Shown: positions 38,206-50,367, counted from the first letter of the stretch. The stretch: DNA of 64,000 nt from Octopus bimaculoides (GCF_001194135.2 NC_068981.1:71256826-71320825), one strand, 5' to 3'. Notes: generated from the sequence alone by a model not told the origin. Made by a program: numbers and translations.

Positions 38206-39125
38206 ACCCTTTCACATGAAACTAATGTTTGCCCTGTAAATCCACAAAGAAAAGAATAATTGTGTGTGTGTGTGTGTATGTGTGTGAAAGAGGATTTTCT
38301 TAAATCAAAAATTATTAATTGTACTTTAAAATATTTAAAACGCAGAATAACATGAACCTTTTAGAAGTTTTCAATTACAGTTTCCAGCTCAGATTATCCA
38401 CGAAGTGTTGCGTGCAGTATACATGTCAAATTCATGAAAGCATATGTGGTGTGTGTGCGTGTGTGTTTGGATGTATGCGCGGGTGAGCGAGATCGTGTGT
38501 GGTGGTGGTGGTGGTGGAGGCGTACGTGTTTATATGTGTCTGTGTGTAAACGTGTACGCCAATGTCCACCATTAACATAGCCAACTCACTGGAACTACCA
38601 TAAGATAAATAGAGGGACAGGCAACTTTGTGCAAATATTTGTATCTTAGTGCACACACGCACACACATATTGATACTTATATAGATAGATAAATATTTAT
38701 AAACATAATTAAGGGATCAGCAAATATTTGCTTCACCACATACCGAAGTTCAGAAATAGCAGCTAAAAAAGCTGAGACTCCAACAGATAGCATTACTTGT
38801 AACTCACAAAGGCAAAAACAAGAAGAATTATTAATTGTTGATTTATTAATAAATTAATAAATTGATAAACCTTTACCCTTTTAATTTGTAATAGATAGAT
38901 AAATAGATAGATCTGTATTCATATATATACACACACATATCTATATACACTAATGTATTTCACGTAATGGTACAAGAAAACGCCTGCAGTAAGTTCATCC
39001 AATAGTTTATCTACGTTCACACATACATACACAGGCACATACACACACACACACACACATACATAAGCGCGCGCGCTCAAACACATATTTATCTTTATCA
39101 CTTCCTTTCCCTCTTCATGTTCCTG

Positions 39126-39164
<39 letters not shown>

Positions 39165-39649
39165 ATTCTGTCTACCTTTCCCTTTCTTTCTCTTTGTATA
39201 TATTAAGACATACAACGACATTCAATCTACTCTTATCACTAACTGAATTACATGTATTCTTTATTATGTGCCGGATGTGATTTAATCATCTTACAAGTAA
39301 GCAAGCCATTCTAGTACACACGAATAGATGTACTCAAGTAATTATCATGCCATGATTTCAATTTAATTTGGAATGTCATTGAATTTTCCACTGAACCATC
39401 ATTCGAAACCACAAATGTCTTTCTGGTGTTTTTTCTACTGTGATAAAATTTTTGTCGTCTACTTCGAAATTTTGTTTTAGTTTATTTTATTTTTTTGTGT
39501 TTTTTTCTTCATTCTTGTGTTTGGGTAATGGGATGTGGGGTAGGACTGCATGTAGACATGACTGTGTGGTTACGAAGCACGCTTCTCAAGCATAACGGTT
39601 TGGAGTTCAGTCCCAGAGCGTAGCATCATGGGAGTCTTCTAGTACAGCA

Positions 39650-39850
39650 GCGGGCCGAATGATCCTTTCTACTGGAAACACACCGGCTTCAAATTTGGGG
39701 GAAACATCGACCCCAGTGTGTAACTGGTACCTATTTCACCGACCCCGAAAGGATGAAAGGCAAAGTCGACCTCGACGGAATTTGAACTCAGAACGTTGTG
39801 ACGGACTTTTCGCCCGGCATGCTAACGATTCTGCCAGCTCACCGCCTTTC
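39650..39850 (-). mobile_element. SINE family B (preceded by a diverged family A head at about 39555-39650, +)
   Basis: aaggatgaaaggcaaagtcgacctcgacggaatttgaactcagaacg...ctgccagctcaccgcc. Confidence 0.85.
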
Positions 39851-40607
39851 TTGTCTTTAATAATGAAAATACCTTAAATTTTTATATATTCAGAGAATGA
39901 AACTGGTGCTTTTCGGTGATATATGGACTACATTTCCATGCTTTCAGTTGATGAATATTAAAAGATTTAAGAAATAGAACATTTAGAGATTTTCTATTTC
40001 GCTGTTCTTCTGTTCAATAACGATTCTATATTGGATGAAAGGCTGTTGTTGTTTACTGCTGTTTCATTAGCCAGAGAGAGATTGGCTAAAATTTTCGCCA
40101 CAAAAAAAGACGTATATCAATTTTGAAAGTGAAATGACGTTGCATTTACATAGTTAGAATGTCAATTTCTAACATGGCAATTCTCATTCTGAAAATAAAG
40201 TATTCGAATTTATCCAGCTCCGTTTGTGAACAACAAAACCGCCACCTTTAGACATGATTGTATCTCCCAGCATATTCAGTCTAAACCATTGCCACCATCA
40301 TTTTCACCAGCATCAACATCCTCATCACAGTCACAACCTCACAAGTACGTAAAAATTTATTTTCTGTATCCAGTCCCTTGGCTCTAACTGTAAAGTCATC
40401 TATATATTTTTTGTATATCTATCCTTATCCTTCCGTCTAGATTTTGCACAAGGCGCCGTTACTCTCCTGTTAATTTAGTCCCCGATGTTCCTCTAAGCGG
40501 ACGTGAGCTTTTTTGATAAAACGTATTGGTATTCATACTTTGCACTATTGGGTTCTATATTCTTAGCAGCCTGACTATGCTCCTATGAACTAATAACTTA
40601 CGGTTAG

Positions 40608-40669
<62 letters not shown>

Positions 40670-40999
40670 NNNNNNNNNNNNNNNNNNNNNNNNNNNNNNN
40701 NNNNNNNNNNNNNNNNNNNNNNNNNNNNNNNNNNNNNNNNATTTATATATATATATATATATATATATACATAGAGAGAGAGAAAGAAAGAGAGAGAGAT
40801 GCATATATTTATACACAGATACACACATACATACATACATACATAGATACATACATCCATCCATACATACATACAAAATTTAATAAACATGATAGCGCAA
40901 GCCGAAGGAAAGAAAACATAAGCCTTATGAGAAGGTGGGAAAGACTTCGACTTTATTCCTCCATTGATGGTTGTTGAAATCTCTGCACTTGGCAAAGTT

Positions 41000-41240
41000 A
41001 CCTACTTCGTTAGTTGATGTCGTCGAGAGATTCACAAAGGACTTGGCAATAATTCTCACTATTACAACTGAGGGCAGATCGATCGTCTCCAACGTTATAA
41101 ATATTTTGAAGGGAATATTCCAAAGACATAGTCTTTCTATACTTGTTTATTTTGTCATTAAATCCAACATAACATCTTTTATAAAAATCCAATGGCTACA
41201 TACTATAGTCTGCTGGAGATATCCGTGTAACCCATAATCT
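41000..41240 (+). mobile_element. Possible Gypsy-type integrase relic
   Basis: VDVVERFTK...VINILKGIFQRHSL resembles the integrase core pattern VDxxSK...VIxxLKxIFARHGxP. Confidence 0.4.
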
Positions 41241-41362
41241 TCTTAAAGATCAATGCTAAAAATGTTTACGAAGCCGAAAAACAGCTGACATAGGAATAGA
41301 ATTTATCCAAAAGAAGTCTCTGTATTTGATTGTTGAATGCGGGAAGTCTATTCCAAACCCGT

Positions 41363-41700
41363 GGAGGCGCAATGGCCCAGTGGTTAGAGCAGCGGACGCG
41401 CGGTTATAGGATCGCGGTTTCGATTCCCAGACTGGGCGTTGTGAGTGTTTATTGAGCGAAAACGCCTAAAGCTTCACGAGGCTCCGGCAGGGGATGGTGG
41501 TGAACCCTGCTGTACTCTTTCACCACAACTTTCTCTCACTCTTACTTCCTGTTTCTGTTGTACCTGCATTTCAAAGGGTCAGCTTTGTCACACTGTGTCA
41601 TGCTGAATATCCCCGAGAACTACGTTAAGGGTACACGTGTCTGTGGATTGCTCAGCCACTTACACGTTAATTTCACGAGCAGGCTGTTCCGTTGATCGAA
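41363..41700 (+). mobile_element. tRNA-derived SINE family D
   Basis: A-box tggcccagtgg 41373-41383, B-box ggtttcgattccc 41416-41428; body matches the reverse complement of 6660-6980. Confidence 0.9.
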
Positions 41701-41719
41701 ACGCTCATCAAACTAAAAA

Positions 41720-42415
41720 AGACTATGCATGGACGTACTTAACCAAGACTTGAAGGTGACATTAAGGTCGACAAGAAGTGCAGACTTTCTTATGTCTAAT
41801 GAACAAAATAACTAATGAACAAAATAACTAATGAACAAAATAACTAATGAACAAAATAACTAATGAACAAAAGAGAAAGTGAAGCCCATGTAACCCAAAA
41901 TGCAACCGAAAATGTCGATTATGTCACATTTCTGTGGAAGACATCACACATGTGATCATCACCTGCCCGAAATTGCCAACAAGGTATTACCCCCCAATGA
42001 ACATGATATACTTACCATCTAAAAAAAAAAAAACAATTGTTCTGAAATAAATATTGTGAAACATTTCCATCAAAACTTCTCCTAATTGTAAGCATAAATA
42101 ACGGAATTTATTTGTTTACAACAGACAAGAAAATGTATGTACCGCCATAGAGGTCAGCTGCCCTACTGATGTGAACATTAAAGAGAAACAAGATAACTGA
42201 AAAGTCGAGGACATTCAGAAAGAAAAAATTAGGCAGCTAACACATATATTACAAATACGATCTGTAAGCAGAATATTAAATATTCCAAGGATTTTCTCAA
42301 ACTCAGTATGCGACATTTCTTTTATTATCTACATTCCATCGCCGGAGTTTTGTATTTGTTAGAAACCAGCTCCTTCCCACCAGGAAGACTTCAAATAATT
42401 GAAAATAGAAAACAT
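41720..42415 (+). mobile_element. RLE-type LINE 3' portion (CCHC knuckle plus endonuclease) ending in (CATA)n
   Basis: KCRLCHISVEDITHVIITCPKL (C-x2-C-x8-H-x4-C) and AIEVSCPTDVNIKEK; a second endonuclease-like piece ([14 protein letters not shown]) at about 42467-42600. Confidence 0.65.
41796..41872 (+). repeat. 16-bp tandem repeat (ctaatgaacaaaataa) x about 4.8
   Basis: Direct reading; perfect units. Confidence 0.95.
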
Positions 42416-42947
42416 GCATACATACATACATACATACATACATACATACATACATACATACATACAGATGTTCTGTTGTGGAAATCTGCTGCGCCCCGGA
42501 CACGAATGTTGTTAGAAAAATGCAAGAGAAAAACGAAGATACTTTCCTTAACAACCGTGCTACAAAGTAGGTGACCGGTCAAAATTTACTCTAAAATTAA
42601 AAGGAGAAAGAGAACATACATATATACACAGGTAGGTAGGTAGGTAGGTAGGTAGGTAGGCNNNNNNNNNNNNNNNNNNNNNNNNNNNNNNNNNNNNNNN
42701 NNNNNNNNNNNNNNNNNNNNNNNNNNNNNNNNNNNNNNNNNNNNNNNNNNNNNNNNNNNNNNNNNNNNNNNNNNNNNNNNNNNNNNNNNNNNNNNNNNNN
42801 NNNNNNNNNNNNNNNNNNNNNNNNNNNNNNNNNNNNNNNNNNNNNNNNNNNNNNNNNNNNNNNNNNNNNNNNNNNNNNNNNNNNNNNNNNNNNNNNNNNN
42901 NNNNNNNNNNNNNNNNNNNNNNNNNNNNNNNNNNNNNNNNNNNNNNN

Positions 42948-43003
<56 letters not shown>

Positions 43004-45974
43004 AAATAGTATTCTTCGTGGAATAGAGCTATGCAGCTTGGTCAAGTATTTATGTACACTAATGTACTTTCCTAGCTGGTTTGCAGCATTGTAATTTTTG
43101 TGTTTATAACGTTTTTGATAATCGTTTTTAGGAATCGCTTTGTTTCCAATTCATAGAAACCCTGAAAAGTTTTTTTAATGAAGATTTTGACAGTGTTTGT
43201 GTTATAAATTTAATTTATAAATGTTCACATTTAATATTTCTAAAAATATTGTAAAGACAGGGGAGAGAGTATTACTATACTAAGTTTTCTTCATTTTCCT
43301 AAAAAAAATGTTATTTATTCGATGAACAGTTGCAGACACCTGCGTGATCTTATAAGCGAAATTAGCTTTATCTTAAGTTTAATCGTGTTCAGTGACAACA
43401 AAAATTTAGTACGAATATCGTGATGAATATACTAGACAATATTTTCTGCGCGCAGAAGCTATTTAGAAGATAATGACACTATCTATAAACCTTTATGACA
43501 GTATGTATAAATGTGTAAGTTTGTCTGCTTGTCTCTCTGTCAGTCTCATTCTCCATAACATTCGAAGCTTGTCAAACATCATCAAACAAAAATTTTTTCT
43601 GTTCTTTCAACCTCATTTGAACCTCGATATATGTCCGACATCAGCCAGTTTCTATTTCTATTTCTATAATCAATTTCTGTTTTAACTTTTGTTTTTATTA
43701 CCAATTTCTGTTTTGACTTTGGTTTTATTAAATGTTCGTATATTTTGACTCATCTTGATCCTCAACGTGAGTGATAGAGATCAGCCTTCCAGATAATGCT
43801 CGACTGTATTTTACACACTCCACCTAATATTAATAACTGAGCTAGAAATTTCACATTATGAAATGCATTGTTAAAGCAGTTTTAGTTATTTTCGTGCTGT
43901 CATTTTATTTCCGTTCTCAATCTATTAATTTTATTACCGAGTCTACCTCCTTCAAGCACAAACTGACATTAATATCACCACGTATTCATTTATCTATATT
44001 ACTTTCTAAACAAGATTTCAAAATCACCTGCCAATTTTGCTCTTTTCCATGACTGGAGCCAACTGAAACATCTAGAAGGAATTTGACAACTTATTCTTCA
44101 ACACAATACTTATTACAAAATCTAATCAACTCAGGGAACTAAAGCCACATCACTGCAGACTCTTATCTATTGCTAATTTTGTTGCTTTACTAGTTCCCTA
44201 ATTAAGTTAAATACATTACTAAAATCATTAAATTCTCTAATAACATAGCCGCCTCAACCTTTGACGAACTTTGCTAACATCCAATGTAAAACTTGAATGA
44301 AGAAACTGATTTCCTCCAATGACCATAAGTTTGTGCAAGATTGCTATAGACTATGTTAATTACTTTGTTGGCAACTGCTACTTATGCTACTTAATAAAAG
44401 ATGAAATATTATTGTATTTTTTGTTATAGCAATTTCAAGATCACTGTTTAGAAATTTAGAATAAAACATTAACAGTAAAGCATATTTAACATAATTTTTT
44501 TGCAATTTTGCGATGTAAAGTACACAGAATCTTTTTATTTTGGTATTTTTACTTAAACCATTGCCTTAAATATACTTAATTTAAATATTGTAATATTAAA
44601 TGGAAATCCTATACTTAGGAGAATATCTACATTAATGCTTTACTGACAATTTACTCTATTAAGTTTCAGTATCACATGTACCTTAGGAAAGTAGCTTACG
44701 AATAAAATTAAAGGGAAATATATAGACGAACAAATTTCTAAGATTTCCAAAAACCTATTTATTTCAAGTGTATTCCTAAACCGTGCATTATTTTAGGTCA
44801 CGTTGGATGACTTTCATTTAAAAGCTTAATTGGATCCCTTATATTATCAAATCTGTCAGTAACAATTTGATATATCATTGCACATCCTTTCTCTTACAGA
44901 ACCTCTAGGCTAACATATTCAAATATAAGATAGCCCTTAACACTCTGAATGCTTTGAAATTAATCTGCAACACTAAACAATTATAGCCTATTTTGATAGA
45001 CTATTAGCGTACTTAAAACGCAAATATTTCCCATTAAAACAGAATTAATATCTTTCCCTAATCCAATTACAGCCGTGCGTTCTGAAAATATCTGTCACAC
45101 GAATCTCCATTAATGTGCATTCATCAGCCTGCATGTAAACAAAAAGAAGAACGTTTTTCTCAAAACCTAACACATTTTCTTTGATATTTTTGTGTAGTTT
45201 CAACTTTCCATCTCCGAAAATATATATATATATATAAAAGTGTTAGCTTTTTATCAATTGCACCATTTTCTTAAGTACTTTTCTGTTATATCATCCTTGG
45301 TTCGACTGGAAATATTGCCAGGGAATAAAATTCACATAAACTCTTGTCAAGATTAGCAGTTAACTATCAGTCAATTGTGCAATAACCCGCAAGTCTTCAA
45401 GCACTCACTTTAAAAATTGTAACAATTTTAGTAATTGGATTTCCTTGCCCACTTACAAAGAAGCTTTGTGCTTCATGATGCTAATGATCACATCTTTGCT
45501 TCATACAACAGTATATACTGACGGCCATATGAAATTTATCAGGACTGAAATTAACTATAATTTTAATACTTACCAAGACATTTCAAAAATAGTATTCTGG
45601 GAATTCCTCATTGAATTGCGGAGGGGAAAGTGTCTATCCTGTCACGATATGAATTACAGTCAGAAAAATAAGTCCATCTGATGTGCTGGCGCCAAATAAT
45701 AATAATAATAATATCTAACTGAATCCTTGTTTATTCCGCGAAGTGAGTAACATCTACAACATTTCTTATTATATTTTATGTTTAAAAAATTATTTCCGCT
45801 GCAACGGAAAAGTACTATTTCTTGTGAAATGCTACGATACTTTCTGGTGTGTTCATTACTGATGGAAAAATACTTGGAGTATCTTTAGTGAAAAATCGTT
45901 CATAATGTAGTCTAACTGTAGCCACATCAATTTCTGTTCGAACGTCATTAAATAAGAATGCAATAATTTAACAC

Positions 45975-46225
45975 TATATATATGTGTGTGCGTGTGTGTA
46001 TGCCAGAGGGTTTGCAAATCCAATGGGGGTCTTAAAAGACATGTTAGGATCCACAATGAGCAGAACTTACTTGCAGGTATTGGTAGTGCAAATCAGAGGT
46101 GCAATCTGTGTGGGTGTTTTTTCAAAACACTGTCTGGTTTAAAAAGCCACATCAGACGCCATGAAAGGGCTAAGGTGTAGGTGCAGGAGGTGGTCAAACT
46201 CTGTTTAAGGAGTAGACAACCACCA
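45975..46225 (+). mobile_element. Probable RTE-like LINE 3' end with two C2H2-type fingers
   Basis: CVCQRVCKSNGGLKRHVRIH and CNLCGCFFKTLSGLKSHIRRH, stop at 46178-46180, short UTR, then (TA)n; lies between microsatellites with no splice signals seen. Confidence 0.55.
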
Positions 46226-46789
46226 TATATATNNNNNNNNNNNNNNNNNNNNNNNNNNNNNNNNNNNNNNNNNNNNNNNNNNNNNNNNNNNNNNNNNNNN
46301 NNNNNNNNNNNNNNNNNNNNNNNNNNNNNNNNNNNNNNNNNNNNNNNNNNNNNNNNNNNNNNNNNNNNNNNNNNNNNNNNNNNNNNNNNNNNNNNNNNNN
46401 NNNNNNNNNNNNNNNNNNNNNNNNNNNNNNNNNNNNNNNNNNNNNNNNNNNNNNNNNNNNNNNNNNNNNNNNNNNNNNNNNNNNNNNNNNNNNNNNNNNN
46501 NNNNNNNNNNNNNNNNNNNNNNNNNNNNNNNNNNNNNNNNNNNNNNNNNNNNNNNNNNNNNNNNNNNNNNNNNNNNNNNNNNNNNNNNNNNNNNNNNNNN
46601 NNNNNNNNNNNNNNNNNNNNNNNNNNNNNNNNNNNNNNNNNNNNNNNNNNNNNNNNNNNNNNNNNNNNNNNNNNNNNNNNNNNNNNNNNNNNNNNNNNNN
46701 NNNNNNNNNNNNNNNNNNNNNNNNNNNNNNNNNNNNNNNNNNNNNNNNNNNNNNNNNNNNNNNNNNNNNNNNATATATATATATATATA

Positions 46790-47120
46790 TATACGAGTGA
46801 GTAGACAAACGACAGAAGGTCACTCAACACATTTATTGGGAGTTACATATATGGATCAAAACAGTTTGATTCAAACTCCTTGGTACTCTGAGTTTCAAGC
46901 ATGTCGCTAGTCTTCTGTCATCGGAGTCTGAATGGAGGAGAGTCAATGTTTACTACTGGACGTTAGTCTGCGATTGGTCGAGAAAGGTCACACTGTGTCA
47001 CAGTATTACGTTGGCATATCAGCGACAACAATTACTTGGAAAATACCGCATGCTGAACAGGAAATCGACCACGTGATGGACAGGAAATTGGTCGCGTGGT
47101 TGGGGAAGTAGGATGAGAAG
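46790..47120 (-). mobile_element. Penelope-like terminal-repeat relic containing a decayed hammerhead motif
   Basis: Minus strand 46932-46870: ttcagactcc gatga ... gaaac tcaga gta ccaa ggagtttgaa. Confidence 0.45.
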
Positions 47121-47511
47121 GTAGATACGGGAATATATATTTATGTATGCGTACATGTATATGGCCATATATCTGCGTGTATGTATGCGTAGATGTACAT
47201 TCATGCATCCCCGCGCGCGCGTGCACACACACACACACACACACACATGCACACATGTGCGCGCCCACATATACACACACGCGCACGTGCATACACACGC
47301 TCGCGCGCGCGTGCACACTTTTATCTGTCTGCATGTGTTCATGTATGTTATTTTTTGCTGTACCACTATGTTACAGTGACGTAAATACTCCAGCATTGTT
47401 GTCAAGAGATACTGGGGGGGGGGGAACACAAGCACAAAGACACACACACAAATATAGATATACCCAGCATCGAACGATTGCCCCTAAGAAGAATATCAGA
47501 GAAATGGGCAA

Positions 47512-47583
47512 CTTAGTATTCGAGTTTCGGACTTTTCAGAATACGTTTGTTATCGTAAAACAGATCGGTCCTCGTCAGCTAGG
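47512..47583 (-). ncRNA. Minimal type I hammerhead ribozyme motif
   Basis: Minus strand: cctag-CTGACGA-ggac-(loop)-gtcc-GAAA-c-tcga-ATA-ctaag; intact core, 4-bp stem II, stem I 4/5 paired, palindromic tcga loop III. Confidence 0.7.
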
Positions 47584-47845
47584 TCTATCTAAAAGACTAA
47601 ATTTAAAATATCCACTACATCAATGCCTGTATACTCGGCCAATAGCTCCAGCCATAAACAGAACCGAGATCGGTGAAAAAGTTGTCCATTTCTCTGGCGT
47701 TCTTCCTAGAGTGAAGACGAAAAATTTTTATGTTCACCGCCTGCACATCTTTTCCTTTATACATTCAGTGAAGCTTTACCTCTAGCGTCGAACGGTTATC
47801 GACTGCTATTTCCAGCAAAAATTGGTACCTTGTGCCTTTATTTCC

Positions 47846-47849
<4 letters not shown>

Positions 47850-47885
<36 letters not shown>

Positions 47886-48045
47886 ATAGGCTTCTTTCAG
47901 TTTCCTTTGGCAAAAATCCATTCACAAGGCTTTAGTCGGCCCGAGAGGATAGGAGACACTCGCCCAAGGTGCCACGCAGTGGGACCGAACTCAAAACCAT
48001 GTGGTTGAGAAGCAAGCTTCTTACCACACAGCCAAACTTGCACCT
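47850..48045 (-). mobile_element. SINE family A, 5' half
   Basis: cttctttcagtttcc...cccaaggtgccacgcagtgggaccgaac...cttaccacacagcca. Confidence 0.85.
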
Positions 48046-48284
48046 TACTAATTGAGAGACGAGAAAAACATGATTAACAAGGAACCCACAAATAAAACTG
48101 ACCTAATCTCTCTCCTCTTTTCAATGTCCATAGTCTTAAATCTCACATAAACTTCACATCTTACCTCTTGTTGGATATGCAAACTACATATTCCTTTTCT
48201 CAAACTTCTCAACCGTATCTACGACCCATCTCTCTTTCCCAGGCCACACACTGTTGTCCAACTTCATTCAAAAGAGCAAGCGCA

Positions 48285-48600
48285 TGCGTTGCTGTGTGGT
48301 AAGAGGTTTGCTACACAACCACATGAATCTGAGTTCAGTCCCACCGCGTGGCACCTTGGGCAAATGTCTTCTACTATAGCCTCGGGTCGACCAAAATTAT
48401 GTGAGTGGATTTGGTAGACAAAAAATGAATGAAGCTAGATAGATAGATAGATAGATCCGTGTGTGAGTGCGTGCGTGTGTTTCTTTGTGTCTGTGTTTCC
48501 CCCCACCAACGCTTGACAAACGATGTTGGTGTGTTTACGTCCCCATAACTTAGTGGTCCAGCAAAAGAGAACTATAGAATAAGTACCAGTCTTAAAAAAT
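48285..48600 (+). mobile_element. SINE family A
   Basis: ttgctgtgtggtaag head, ccttgggcaaatgtcttctactatagcc body, internal (GATA)n/(GT)n. Confidence 0.8.
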
Positions 48601-49337
48601 ATAAAAACTGGAACAACTAGTTTCTATATTTGCTGCCCATTTTCCATTTTCCATTTTGAACACATGCAAATTTCCCCCACAACTCTCTTTTTTTACAATA
48701 TCCGACTCACCACCATTCATACATGCACAGTATATGTGAAAACATGGCTTCTCGCATCAAACCATAGCGCAATGCACTCTCCATCACATTGAAATAATAT
48801 GCTCCAGATCCTACCTCTATCTATAGCAAACTCTTCGATCAACTATGCTAAAGGGTCTCACTCTAAGGACACCCTTGGATGACATAGCAACTACCATCCT
48901 CACGCACTCACTTTCAATTACTCAAAGATGAGGTGACTATAAACATTGAATCTCACTCTCTCTTGCATTCTCTCACTCTCTCTCTCTCTCTCCTTCTCTC
49001 TCTCTCTCTCATCCTTCCTCTTTCATTCCTAATCTTCTTAACAATCAATACAGCTTTTGTATAGCCATATTTACAGGAAATCCACTTTCCTCTGTCAAAC
49101 ATCAGTGGGTTCTGGTCCTCGAGAAATTTGATGAAAATAATGCACTTTCCCAGCACAACAGCAAATAACACTTTGTCTGATTGGCAAATGCTTGCCTTTT
49201 GGATCGATGTGTTTCAGTCAGGGCACATCATTCCAACGAGCGCTGTTAGAGCTCTCTAAGAACTGGGGTTGATCTGAATGTTCCTTCCCTGAAAATTATA
49301 TCCTTGTGCTTACTTTAGAAATAATTATTATTTTCAG

Positions 49338-49436
49338 GTGGTAACTTCTGCGAAAGCACATTTGATGGATACCTTTGCTGGAACCAAACAAAGGCAGGAG
49401 AACGTGTTTCCCAGCCATGTCCTCTCAACAGCACAG
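49338..49436 (+). CDS. Internal exon (99 nt, phase 1/1) of a class B secretin-family GPCR, hormone-binding ectodomain
   Basis: Acceptor ttattattttcag, donor ACAG|gtaaaa, open frame GNFCESTFDGYLCWNQTKAGERVSQPCPLNST = C-x3-(F/W)DG-x2-CW-x2-T-x-AG-x2-V-x3-CP; N-glycosylation sequons NQT and NST. Confidence 0.9.
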
Positions 49437-49699
49437 GTAAAAACGATTTTTTTTTTCATCTCTATTTTTGTTATGCTATTTTTAGTTCCATAACGATTGT
49501 TTTAACAATGAAATGTATCAAAACGTCAAGGATGTAATTTATATCTTATTACCACGTCAGCAATACCGGAAAAAACAGAGACGAACAAATAGAATTTTTT
49601 CACTGAATGAAAGTGTCTCTAAAAAGTCAGTTCCTCTCTTGTTTGATAAATCATCAATGTTTTGTAACTGTGTGTAGGATGCTATTGTATAGCTCTTTC

Positions 49700-50270
49700 A
49701 TAATTAACGTAGTATCAACATATTTAATGCAAGCAACATTATAATAACAATGTTATGAGGGTAAACATTGGTTATTATTAGATATTTTCATTTTACGACA
49801 ACTACTGGAAACAGCTCCGAACATGTTTTGGTTTTATTATGGATTTCACCAATCGCACATACAGAAGTCATGATAGGAGGATCATTTAAGGAATGTACCA
49901 GACTGTTAGGTGGAATTTTTATACACCAAAGCACTAAATAATTCTGAGTTGCCCTCTGCTTGAAAAGCAATATTAGCCATAGCAAATATTTTCATTCAGC
50001 CTTGAATTCTCTCCCCTCTCAACCTAAATAACCTTACACTTTTTTGCGCCCATAAATACTTATTCAGTAGCCAAGCTACAAAATGACAGAGGTTACTCTT
50101 CCATTGTCCTTATTTTGTCCAGTGAGCATAGCTGATATCTCGATCGTATCTGAAGATGCAATCTGACATGGCAAAGATAGAGAAAATATAAATTATGCGG
50201 TCGTGGTCTCTTTACGCTGATGCTCAGTGGTTGCACAGGTTGCACATAATGTTAACATAATGTTTTATTA
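49700..50270 (-). pseudogene. Possible decayed rhodopsin-class GPCR fragment
   Basis: Broken frames NIMLTL..., YIFSIFAMSDCIF, GQWKSNLCHFVAWL, KTCS, VYPHNIVIMLL follow TM1-TM2-ECL1/TM3-ECL2-TM5 order; several stops and frameshifts; no DRY motif seen. Confidence 0.3.
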
Positions 50271-50367
50271 TTTGCTTATATATTGTTTTGTTAGACATAG
50301 ATGCGGTGCAGCAAAAATCGGATATTTCCTTTGCTTTAAGTGAGAACCTTTCAGGCTATTGATGGCT

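Noticed and set aside
41363-41440. tRNA gene
   Set aside because: A and B boxes are present, but there is no complete cloverleaf or poly-T terminator, and it continues into a SINE body seen twice in the window
41796-41872. CRISPR-like array (also the 17-bp repeat at 63774-63820)
   Set aside because: Contiguous tandem units with no spacers, eukaryotic context, no cas genes
45986-46180. Host C2H2 zinc-finger gene
   Set aside because: Starts in a (TG)n tract, no splice acceptor, no TGEKP linker, ends in a short UTR plus (TA)n; better explained as a retroelement 3' end
47147-47785. 212-aa ORF as a protein-coding gene
   Set aside because: Composed of CA/CG microsatellite, a SINE fragment and the antisense strand of the hammerhead-bearing repeat
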